From positions 186,001 to 250,000 of the forward strand of contig JAQGDQ010000234.1 in assembly GCA_030141605.1 (NCBI GenBank): a DNA stretch of 64,000 nucleotides, written 5' to 3'. Below, one piece after another: positions 49,001-60,688 of this stretch. A program made the translations under genes and the position numbers. The notes beneath the pieces are model-generated. The model saw only the letters and a program-made list of their open reading frames with translations. It did not search any database and was not told where the DNA came from. How positions within the stretch are numbered: position 1 is the first letter of the stretch; each line of letters starts with the position of its first letter. The DNA comes from Tubiluchus corallicola (lineage: Eukaryota > Animalia > Priapulida).

Positions 49001-52000
49001 GAAGAGTGATGACTCATACTTCTATACTGGTAATACTACCCCCGTCAGCTAATAAATTCAGTCAGTTAATTGGGTTATCACACTTCCACCCCAAAGTGAG
49101 TCTATTAAGTGGCACCTACTGTATTTGGAATCCATACCGAGTCAAAGCGGATTTCACAGATTTTGTAACTATCACGTCACTTCACAGCATCACACATAAA
49201 GGCTGTTAATCTAGTATTTATAGCCAATACATTGATTTCATGGATTATGTTACAGTCTTAATTACAACATAATGTAATTGTGTAATGAACATTCAATGAA
49301 TATAATAAATTTTCAATGAATATTAGTCTCAATTATAAGTATTTTTCACAAATATAGGACAATGTAACATGGTAAACAGTTATTATAAACTTCAGGTCAG
49401 TATATTTCAGTAACTTTACCAATCAGCATTTACAAAATTGTACTTAATTTAATTGATGCTATTATCGTCGCTATAGTTACATTTATTATTCATAAATACT
49501 TTAAGTAGTAGGGATTTACTATAAAACAAACATGCTAATTGTAATAATTTTACGTTAAAATGTGAAATTTTAAAATACTTTTTTATTTTAAAGCCTTGGC
49601 AAAGAATATGACACCCCAAAACATTAGATTCAAATAAAAAATAAGTTTAAAGTTCAAAAAAGTTATAATATAAATGTCCATGTCAAATCAAATCAAGGTC
49701 AGTCCAACTTTTTGACATGTCCCTTCTTTCAGTAAGATATAGCTTTAAAAATTCAATAGTAATGGGTTTATTCTACCATTCTCATCAAAAACCTCTCACA
49801 AAAATGTATCCCCATTTTTAACAAATAATTTTTGCAGACTAATTTGTAAATCATCCTATATCTAGACCCGCTAAGGCAAATCCAGTAAAAAATAGGAACC
49901 GCATAATAATTTTACTACCAATCAATAAATGATATTGATTTTGTCTTTTGGCAAAAGAGACAGCTGATTCATTTTGTGTGTAATGTTTTGTACCTCAATT
50001 GCATAGTAAAAACCAGTGTACGGACTAATCCCACTTGTCATAAAAAGAGAAGACACAGGCAGGGTTGGCTTTGTCTGAGCCCCATAACCTCCTAACATTG
50101 AAGCTGTAGAGAGTTGATCAAATGTATTAGGTGCAACAGTACCTAAAGCCCGGAAAATAAAAACATATTAATGAAAATGAAAATCAACATTTCGTGCCTG
50201 CTGTATAAAAATTCACAAATACTTTTTACAGTAATGTACGTTCCAATTTTTTTTTTTAAATTTTTAATTGACTGTATTGCCTTTAATGTAAAAAAGCTCA
50301 AAATCAGAAAATCAATGATGGGACATTTCATGCCACCAACTTTCATATGTCAGCCCAACATAGGGCTGCGTAACACTCTAACAACCAATACCAATAATGT
50401 GCACACCTTCCACATAGTATACTATTTACAAAACAGTTGTAGTTAAGTATGCTCTATCTCAGTGCATAAAACATAATTACCACAGCTTATGTGATCCATT
50501 ATTTTATCTTGACTTTGAAAGCCCCACTTTTTGTAAGCCAGAGGAGGTGGTTGAATTTGTTCAGAAATGCCAGGAGTTGCTAAACAAAAAAAATTATAAG
50601 TGCAAAGAACCCATGATCAAAATTTAAAAAACTTGTCATGAGCAACATTGCCCAATACTTTCTTTAAAAAGCATATGTATGCAACAGCTCATTAGCAATG
50701 TCACTATGCCTTAAAATTAATTTACACGCCAGTAAAGTTCTTCAGCCAAAACTATTTTACAGGTCAGATTTATTCAAAGTCAAAGGTTAAGTCATAATCA
50801 CAGTGGCAGCTTAATTCACAAGTTAAAGGCATTAGCTGACACAAGACAAACTTTTGTCAGCAAAAGTCAAATCTTGAATAGCTGTCATACAATTGTAGCA
50901 AAATGCAGATGCTCTAATTGGGCCAACTTCTCAATAAAAGAGAAGATTAAGACAAAGTAAAAAATCCTGTCACATACATTGCATATATATGTCAATAAAA
51001 AGTGTGGTAAAATGAAAATAAAATACTGATACTTTACTAGTAGCATCATCAGAATGTCTATTACTTATTGACATATTTTATTTATGATTCTTGCTGTGTG
51101 TTCTTCAGCATCATTTATTTAATTAAGTTTTTTGTCTTATATGCATAATACTGCATATAATACCTGTATATTATAGCTGATTGTAAATATGTTTCTTTTT
51201 AATGGTCTATGCTAACAAATAAAAACAATAAATGAATGAATGAATGAAATTATTTCCACATTCACCATGAGCACGAGCAACCTGATTCCTACAAGCTCTC
51301 AAAGACTGATAGAGACTAAATCCATCAATTACTACTAGGCACTTAGAATACAATATCGTCAACTCCTCAATCTGAAACAAAAATGAATGTGTCTAGATTA
51401 AATCAGAAAGAGTGGTGCTGCTTACAGAAAAAAGGTTATTTAAATAAAAATTACTGAAAATTGATTTTAATGGTCAAAACTAACACTCTTTGTCAAATGC
51501 TGATTAAACACATAACCATAAAAATATTCTAGCCAAAAATGGTAAAATTGGTACCCATATATTTTAGTTCTTTATCCATAGCAAAAGAAATGAAAGATGT
51601 GTCACAGTTTAGGGCTGTGCATGAATGATTGATTATTCGAAACTGCGAACGTTTTTACCACTCAAATAATAAAATACTATTCAATTATCCTATGTATGCT
51701 GCATTGGCCACACTCTCACTGCCACTCAATCATTTACAAAGGAAAAAACTTTGACACTGAGCCAACATCATAATCAAGACAAAAACAATCCATTGTACTT
51801 GCAGATGCATGGCAGAAAAACAATCATTTCACTGTCAACTCACTGCCTGATACTTCAGTAGTAAGTTGTACTAGGGCATACTGTACATACCGAGTCAATG
51901 TTATGGAATCAAAGAACGTGATATGGGAACATTTTGGGAAAAAATAATTCAAAGACTGTTCATTATGAAAAAAACAAATTAAGTTATCAAAGTCAATAAG

Positions 52001-55000
52001 CTCAATTGTTAAATAATTTATGTGGACAATTAATATTTAAGTTCATACTGTAATAATTAATGCTATAAAGTTTTGGCTCAACAAAAGCATGGAAGGGTGT
52101 AAGTTTGTAAGTGCAAAAGGATAATAGCCCAGTGATGAACATTCGAATAAATTTTTCCTCAAGTACTGCCCCTACACAGTTTAGGACGCTTTCAAGAACA
52201 CGCCCTTTCCTCCTCTCTTTCGTTTTTTAGCTCACTTATCCACTCATATTTTATCCCTGACCTGCCAAATATACATAAAATTAACTCAAGAATTTTAAGG
52301 TATAGTAAAGTATTGCAAAGTATAGTAACATTATACCTGTTCTGCAATGCCTGGATGCCTTGCTTTTTGATAAGTTCGGCATTTCAGTGCTTGCACAGCT
52401 TCCTCATGCAAAAGTTGGGAAAAAAGTAAAACTGCAGACTAAAAATAAAAAATAAACTCAGCATAATTGAAACTAAGAGGACATTCCAGAGAGCATTGTA
52501 CTGCCACCAAACTAAGTGAATAGTTAATACTATATCGAAAAAGAATCCTATTTCTCCATTTCTCAAACACAGGTCAGCAAAACCTAACCGACTGACAAAT
52601 TAATCACTTTACTCAATCGGACAGATTTATTTATTAATTAAATGAATTTTCGCAATTTTTACTATTAAACGTCTTCAACAAAACCTCATAGTTGCAAATA
52701 AATGTTTTGATGAATCAACTGATAAATGGTTTATTGGAGATATTCTTGCATAAATGAGAACCAATAAAATCATTGAAGCGTCTGCATTGAAGAATTGTAC
52801 AAGTATAAAATACTTCAGTGTAGATCCTGATGAAGCCAGAACTGAAACCAACAATCAAACAAGTCCAGTCTGGGCCACCATGTGATGTCCTAGAAAATAC
52901 AATAAAATGTGTAGTTCCAAATCATCTTCGATTTTCAAAAAATTTAAGGTATGACCTAAAATGCTAGCATTAGTTAATGATATGGAGTTAGTTAATGATA
53001 TGATATAAAGTCTAAATAAAACAAATAAAAGAAGCAGTTGCTTAGCAACGAAAGAGAAATCAAAGAAATAGTTAGCAATAAAATAAAAATGTATGGTAAT
53101 ACACATACTTTTTATGAGATGCCAAGGGTAAACACATTATAGCTGTAATGTCTTCCCTGCAAAATAAGAGACTGTTTAAATGAACAACTCAACCAACATC
53201 ATGAAAAAGTTTAACTACAACACGTAGAACAATAAAAAGCAAGAATATTTCTTGTGAATGAAAAAGCAACATTAGGCATAACCTTGTTTTTGTCTAAGGA
53301 ATGTGTGAACAATGTCCTAGAAAACAGAAAACTTTTTTCAAGCAACAGTACTACCAGCAAGAAGAGAATTTAGGATGCTTGTTGTGTATGCTATATAAGT
53401 TGTAAGATAACATTGCACGTTACTCACTCCACAACAATTTGGTCAAAAATGAGCAGCCAAGGAATGACTCTTCACACCTATTATCAAGTAAACATGTATG
53501 CAAGCCACAAATATTTGGAGTTTAGATTAACAATGAAAATAATGCATATTACCTATCTTCACCTTGAGTAAGGGACCCTCGCCAGGTAATATAGAATTTC
53601 ATAGTGGCTTCTCCATCCACACTGTCTTCTTCCCATTTTGCTATTCACATAATAACAAAACAATAAGTACAGTGTTACAAATTCTTATAAATGCAACATT
53701 ATGGTAAACCTGATAAACTCAAATGGTTGTACTCCTCCACTGTTCCAAGAATCAAGTGAAAAATTTTAGAAAAAACATTAATGCCGTATTATTACAAATA
53801 ATCTTTGACTCACATTCGGCGACATATGTTTAATAAGAAAGCTGACATCGATATACATCTATATACATTAAAAGAAATAAGAAACAAATGAAACTCAAGG
53901 ATTAATATAAATATTTCAACATCCCTAGTGTACAATGTAATGAAATCTACTATGGATAGCAGATTATTGGCATTTAATTTTAGATTTTCTTTATAAAATT
54001 ACAATGCATTTCTTTCTCATTATTTCTTTTACTATACACATTTGTATGTGTATAAAAAGTATTAATGTACATGCATATTAGGCAAATAGCATCATTTGAA
54101 ATTCGAATCAACAACTAGTATAGAAAGGCATGACAGAACCGGGGCTGGAAAATCTTACTAGACTGGCAGACGTAGAACGCAGAACAATTCTTCTGGTAGC
54201 GAGACAAATTTTTTCTTAAAGGATTTTCTCAAAATTTTAATAGAAAAAAGTTTTGATTTTTCTTCTCTTTATTAGTAAAAATGATAAAACCGTTCTGCAT
54301 TCTGATACTCATCAAAGTTACAATGTAATTATTACTTGAGGAAATATTTTTTCTTTGCGTCTGCATATGCTGCCATTTTTTCCCCACGTATTGCTTCCCA
54401 TTCAAAAACTTGGCAGCGGTAGAACATGAGGGTATAATGTATGTGCATAATAATTATGCAGTAACTGAATTATTATAGTAGCGATCTCATTCTACAAATA
54501 AGCTTGCAGTTATAAACGTAAGATATATACTGCTTTTTGCAGCAGCCAATGAACCTTTCAAGCTTCACCAATTGGCAGTATTAAAATTCACTTTATAGTG
54601 TGTTATCTCTCACTGACTTCAAATAAGTGGCTGGCTTCAGTTGCCGTGTCTTGTCGTCTAGTTGCCAAACAGTACAAGTCATGTCCTAATATCTTAAAAA
54701 CTTCACCGCTTAATTTTTTTTTGTCACTCAAAAGTACTTCCTTTAGTAGTTAAGCAACACCAGACATAAGAAGTACCTTCAATGGGTGAGACATTTTGCA
54801 GAATTATTGCTTCAAGTTGTGTCCTAGCAAAGTGACAGAAACTGTGAGCCAAACAAAATAAAGTGTTCCTTTCTTCTGCAGTTCTAGTATAGTTCTGAGA
54901 AATTTTGTGGAACAATATTTAAGATAAGGCAAAAATTATCTTGCCAAGCACCATATAGTTTTATATCACTTAACTCCACGTGTTCTTGGTGCGTATATAA

Positions 55001-56042
55001 ATTACTAATTAATATTATGAGTGAGTGTTTAATAATAACTGAAATAACATTTGAAAATAGCAACTGTATTACCAATGGGATACACGTAAGTGGTGAAAAT
55101 TCAAATAAAAATTCCAACTTTTCACATCTTCGTGGGGCTCTGAGGCCTTTTGCTGCAATCCTCTCGCAACTATCTCTTAGATACTTTTATAAAAATGTCT
55201 GGGCTTGGTCCATCACTGGGATGCCAACTTTTAGTCCATGGGACATTGGTAAGATTTTCCACCTCTGGCTTTTATTCACTATAAAAACATTTAGGACTTC
55301 CACAATAGCAACATTGCTTATGAACCTAAAGACCTAGAAGAAATTTGTCAACATATTTCTGACTAATTGGTACCAGATAAAATAACAAGTCGATTTTTAG
55401 ATCCAAAGGCCAGCAAGTCTCCACACGGTGACACAGAGATAAGGCAGTTTTCCAACCATGTATGATGAAGAGATCTTTTGCGTGAAGAAACTGTTTGCTG
55501 GTGTTCTCCTTCACTCTTTCCCCATTCATCCCAGTCTGAGGTGTCAGATGTCGTTGAAATTTCTGCATCAATGACAATAGACTAGTAGTCATAAATCAAC
55601 AAGATAATAGTAAATACTGTACCCAACTGTTTAATGCTTATGTTGTTTATGCTGTTAAAATGCAACAGTAACTAGTTTAGGCACAATTCACACTAAATTT
55701 GACTAACACCACAAAAAACAAGAATGTTTGTACACAGTGACTACAAAAGTAATTACATAAAGTAGTCAATTATTCTATTCCATGGACCAAAGAAAAAGTT
55801 TGTCATATCTCTACTAAATATGTCATATGTTTTACTTCTCTTAGATATTTTTAGATGTTATCATTTTGGTGACCCCTTTGCACTCAATCATGATATGGGG
55901 TCATCCAAATCCTAAGTATCTTTGTTTCACATGTTGATACAAAAATCAACTTACCATCATCTTCATCGTCTAGTTCTGGAAACAAGTGATTTCTCACTTC
56001 GGTCAGTTTACAAGTGGAAACAACAGTCAGTTGACAAGTCAT
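34072..56042 (-). CDS. RAB3GAP2: Rab3 GTPase-activating protein non-catalytic subunit (p150), ~1432 aa
   Basis: 33 phase-consistent exons: 55955-56042 (MTCQLTVV...RNHLFPEL), 55374-55562, 53553-53640, 53109-53156, 52814-52889 ([20 protein letters not shown]), 52337-52438, 51266-51371 ([19 protein letters not shown]), 50481-50579, 49994-50142, 48008-48090, 47516-47617, 46983-47122 ([14 protein letters not shown]...AVRMWKG), 46135-46250 ([13 protein letters not shown]), 45865-45923, 45384-45760, 45119-45255, 44513-44756, 43812-43909, 43454-43550, 43140-43285, 42456-42732, 41117-41293, 40256-40362, 39920-39986, 39669-39739, 39378-39413 ([12 protein letters not shown]), 38780-38854, 37554-37769, 37058-37147, 36412-36541, 35411-35589, 34592-34777, 34072-34215 (stop). 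Total 4299 nt. Confidence 0.96.
41489..42275 (-). mobile_element. Internally deleted Tc1/mariner-superfamily DNA transposon in a RAB3GAP2 intron
   Basis: Imperfect TIRs: TCAGGTGGTACAAAAAATGCGC (left) and TCAGGTGGTGCAGAAAAAAGTGCAC (right, reverse complement), flanked by TA at 41487-88 and 42276-77. Internal ORF 41736-42032 carries the transposase C-terminus [14 protein letters not shown]. Confidence 0.88.
51610..52174. mobile_element. hAT-like MITE in a RAB3GAP2 intron
   Basis: Ends TAGGGCTGTGC...TTATTCGAA and (reverse complement) TAGGGGCAGTAC...TTATTCGAA; flanked by a direct repeat CACAGTT(T) at 51603 and 52175, consistent with a 7-8 bp TSD. Confidence 0.6.
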
Positions 56043-57161
56043 TTAGCTGCCCCTTGCTATGTTTTATAATGTTAAAAAATCAGGTTAGCAAGCCAAAGAC
56101 ATACTTTTACAAAAAAGTTACTAAGCTGAAAGCTACTATTCGAAAAAAATCACCCTGCAAATACTTTAAAATATGACGAACACATCACCTATAAAGGTGA
56201 GAAAGTCTTTTCACAAAGTCTCTTTCACTGGTCTTAATACACCTGACCTGGTAAAAATGGCAGAATTCAAACATATTTTCAAAGGTGATAAAGTGATTTT
56301 TTACAGTCTAGTGACATAACTATGTTTAAAATATACTAACTGTAGAATGTTTACTTCAAAGGTACATTTAAGACTCTTTTCTTAAACCCTCAAAAGCATA
56401 CCTTTTTTTCAAACGTATCTAGAGATATCGAACATTGAGAATTGGTACTCTATTCCACCATCGCACGTTCAGTTCAATTCAGTTCTAGGTCTCAAACCTT
56501 TTTGTATCAAGTTGAGCAGCAGGTAAAAAACTGCTACTTGGCCGAAAAAGAAAAAAAACATTTTGCAAGCTTTGCAACACTTTTTCAATATATTGCTAAG
56601 TAATTTCTTACCTCTATCAATATTCTGAAATAAAATTCAATTTATTCTGTCATATGGCATATAAAGACTGAGACATAAACTCATGATAAAGGTAAATCAG
56701 TAAAGTTCCTTCTTTCAAAAGAATTATCTCGTAATATATGCCATTCAAATATTTGAACGCCCAGCATATAGAGAAATCAGACAAAATTATGAAAACTCTT
56801 TTTGCAATTTTACTTTTTTAACAGCTCAGTTTTTTCATACATTGGCTAATTAACTCCAATAATAAGTCTGACCTTAACAACTTTGGTAGCTTTATCAGGA
56901 AATGCATGCACTGTAGATTATGCAAAACTCTCCATACCATACATAAACAATAATGAGGAATGCTGGTTGGGCATAATAATTATTTTGTCTATACTTTACT
57001 TTACAACCTATTGATGGTTTTAATTAAATTAACATATCGCATCAATTCTATCTGAGCTACTACGGCAGTAATATCACAGTCTTTATGTTCAATTTCAAAG
57101 TTGCCATATCACACTCATTTACAGAATATTCAAGAGCTGTCACATAATCAACATCACATCA

Positions 57162-57342
57162 TAGTTAGTATAACAATTATAATATTTATATAATGTACCT
57201 AATGAATGTAAATAATTAATATAATACAACTAAATTTCATTTTGTCTAATCTACTAATTAAAATTAGTATAACAATTATTAAAGTAACTAATGAACGTAA
57301 GAATATAATACAACTAAATTTCATTTTGCCTAAATCTACTGA
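57162..57342. repeat. Imperfect tandem duplication
   Basis: TTAGTATAACAATTAT...TAATGAA.GTAA...AATATAATACAACTAAATTTCATTTTG.CTAA occurs twice. Confidence 0.75.
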
Positions 57343-58029
57343 TCATTTAAATATACTTGTTAAGTAATAGGAATGTAATTCTAAGGTTTTCATGTTATTA
57401 GGCTAACAAAACTTTTATATATGTATACGTGTTAGCTTATTGAAGATCGTTGTGTAAAAGTTATAGTTAGGTCATAGCTCATTTTGTCAGTAGTCTAATC
57501 ATATTTGAACAAATAAACTGAACTGAATAGCAAAAGTACACTTTTGTTTTAAAACTAGTCTAAGTCTAATCTAATATTTCATGTCTGAGTCTACATCCTA
57601 TATTCTCAGTCTAAGCTAGAATAATAGCAAATTGTATACCTTTCTTCTTACTTCATGGCCTCGTTCCCCTTATTGTTGACATTGAAATACCACAAGTTTC
57701 AACAACAAATTATATATACCACATAATCTTTTGCAACTATGACAAATTGAAATATGAGAAATCTTTGAGCTAATAGCAAAAAATTATTATTTTTGGTGGC
57801 AAAGATTTCTCATAGTTCACTAGGCACAATGAGCAAAGTATGCAAAGGCAATATTAATCTGAAATGGTGCTGACAAGCCACTGGTATAGCGGAGTCTAGT
57901 TTTTTGCTGGATTAACTGCTGTGTTTACCAGTCTTAAGGGCAGAGTTCTTTTATTTTAGAGTTCTGTCCGCCCAATGTCTACAATAGATGTAATGGGCAT
58001 ATGATGATGATATACTTTGCGAAAAGCAG

Positions 58030-58290
58030 GAAAGAGAAGTGACGCGCGAATACATACTAGTTAGTAAAAGAAATGTACACTGTAGAGCGCGCAATACGCC
58101 ACTAGCCGCAGTTTGACACTTCCGCTAAACCGCATGTGCTAAATTTGCGGAAGAGTAGTGTCGCACTTGCTTTTATTTTATCAGATGTATAATGAATTTT
58201 TCAACATGCATTGACGTTTTCAATTATCATCATTAAATAAACAAAGACAACGGACGCTGCCATTACGGTTAACAACGCAATTCGTGACCT
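58030..58290. promoter_or_regulatory. Candidate bidirectional promoter for RAB3GAP2 (-) and the ACAD gene (+)
   Basis: CpG-rich patch between head-to-head genes; opposed ETS-like cores CACTTCCGC (58117-58125) and GCGGAAG (58147-58153). Inference. Confidence 0.45.
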
Positions 58291-60688
58291 GTCTCTAGTG
58301 TTCTACTTAGGCAGCCCATGTACGATGCGTCCTACTTGGGCTGGCACCAAGTACTTCGATTGTCTTACTCCAGTTAGTGTCCTTTTCCAAACAAACATTT
58401 TGGAAGTGTATTCGATTCTAGGGGTAGTTAAGAGAATGAAAATGCTAGTTTCATTAAGAAAGTTAACTAAAATGAATCAGAGTCTACTAACCGTTAATTT
58501 ATGACCTAATAATCTATGTCAAAATAAAAAAATCTATTAATATTATCTAATCTATTTCAACAACAAAAATATTTCACTAGGTACAAAAGTGATAGTGTTA
58601 TCTGTTCTAATTCACTTGATTTTATCGAACCTTTATTCATATATAACTGAGTCTGACTACTGCGCGGGACATTTGTGATTGCCGCAATCTCGGATTTTAT
58701 CGATCTTGGATAATGTCAACATTGGATGCCACCGACCTGGGAAATGACTCGTCGGCACTCGACCATGGATCAGCTCAAGCTTTCAAATGATATACTACAA
58801 CACATACTTTCCACATTCGCACCCAATGGTCGCAATTAATATTGACTCCCTTTCTGATCGCCAGACCCCATCTTACAGGTTGGCAAATTTAATACAACCA
58901 TCGCTACTTAATTTGTTTCATGAACATGCTTTCAAATCTTACCTTTCAAGGTCATAGGGACCTTGAGTTGAGTTCGGTTATGGCTCCTTCTAAAACACGA
59001 TTCAAATTAACAGATATTGCTTGAATGATTGCATTGATAATTTGTTCCAAAGGTCGATGGCAGGCAAAAAAGTAGGATCAAATATTGGTTCGTGAAAAAG
59101 GATGATGTGTTGGCAGACAGATGTAGCCAAACTTCACATTTAAGACACTCGTTCTCATCCCCAACCCTGTCCATCAAATTTCAATATCTATTCAATTATC
59201 ATCAATTAATTTGCTTTATGACAAGCTTTCAGGTGATATATTACATAAACCAGTTGCATACTTTTTTACCAAAGGGTTCATTTTTTACAACCCACCCACC
59301 AAGACTTGACCCTCGGATCCACAGTCTTGTCCATTTAACCAAAATAAATTAGTTTTTCCTGTGCACTAGAACTTTGCACCCTCTATCACTCTTCCGAATT
59401 TCAGCAACTTGTTACTCTTACAGATAACTTACAAAACTATTAGGAAAAAACACTTTTGACCTTGAATCACCCACCAAAGTCATTATATACCCAAACAAAA
59501 TTGTCCACCACCCAGTCGCATAAGCTAATAAAGACTTGTTTCCAATGATTTATATTTTTGAGCACTGTGATCTTTCATTGTGTCCACAGCAATTGACGAT
59601 GACATTCATGATTGACGTCACTTGTTAGTGCTATTACTACTGATGCCACACTTATGCCATTGAATAGTGGAAAACTGGATGTCTAACATCTAGATGCTGC
59701 GGATGTACGGTACTGTAGAAGTAAAGACTTCATGATATGTTTGTCAAACTTTACTGCTGTCTTGTTATTCAAAGGTTTCAATGTCAAGTGTACTAAGCAA
59801 CCCTTCTTCCACATTCTAATACATTCTAATTGCCAAGTTTTAGTAGCTTGCCCTTGGTGGTCTTGGACAGATGCAAACAAATAGTACGATGTGTTTGTCC
59901 ACCCAAAATTTACGTTATATCTTTAAAGCCAGTGATCAAGGCTAAGCCAATCAAACTTTTAGGACATGGATATTATGAACAAGAAAAAAGTTACAATGCC
60001 GCATTTGAGACATTGACTTTGATGGTCGATATTAGTTTATATTAGGTTCTAAAATTTTGTAATATATCTCAAAGGGCTAGGTAATACTTGGCTGGCACAG
60101 GAGTAGTGCTGTCGATGGTAAGAACACAATAGTCACTTGTTTGTCATTTATTTTCAGCACGTGTTACTTGTACTGTATTTGACATAAACTGTTTCACACA
60201 GTGACAGCTGGTGTTAACTAATTATGTACAAGACTAATTAATTATCAATCTATTCTAGATTAATGATAATTAATATACATGTATGTTGTCATCTCAAGCT
60301 GCATTTTAAGGCTTGAATTGTTTTTAGGAGAATGTTTAGTGCTACTATTATATATATATATAAATATATATATATATGTATTTATAGGTATGTGATAACA
60401 GTATGTACAATAGCAATGTTAAAGAATTTGCGTTTGACACTGGTAGTAATAATAATTTTTCATGTGATTTGAGAAATCTAGTAAAAGTTCGTTAAGCAAT
60501 GAATTATTTGGCTGAGGTTGTTTCCAATATTTGCTGTGCATGTTTATAGTGTAAACTTTTGTACTTTATTTTCAGGGTTAAAGTCTTGAAACATATATAT
60601 TTGCTTAGGTGATAACCAGCTTTGCAAGAGGATTCAGTAGAACATTTGGCATCTTTGTGCTCAGTTATAGCAAACAAGTAACAACATT

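Noticed and set aside
53283-53316. Exon-like 34-nt segment (TTTTCTAG|GACATT...AACAAG|GTTATG) in a RAB3GAP2 intron
   Set aside because: Not frame-preserving, and the flanking exons already join in frame with the expected protein; no evidence for a poison exon without RNA data.
33500-57600. Intronic snoRNA/miRNA in RAB3GAP2 (the human gene hosts such RNAs)
   Set aside because: No recognisable box motifs, hairpins or conserved miRNA sequence found by eye; an Infernal/Rfam scan would be needed.
59560-60050. Semi-open frames between RAB3GAP2 and the ACAD gene as a transposase or extra gene
   Set aside because: No recognisable motif and interrupted by stops; cannot be supported.
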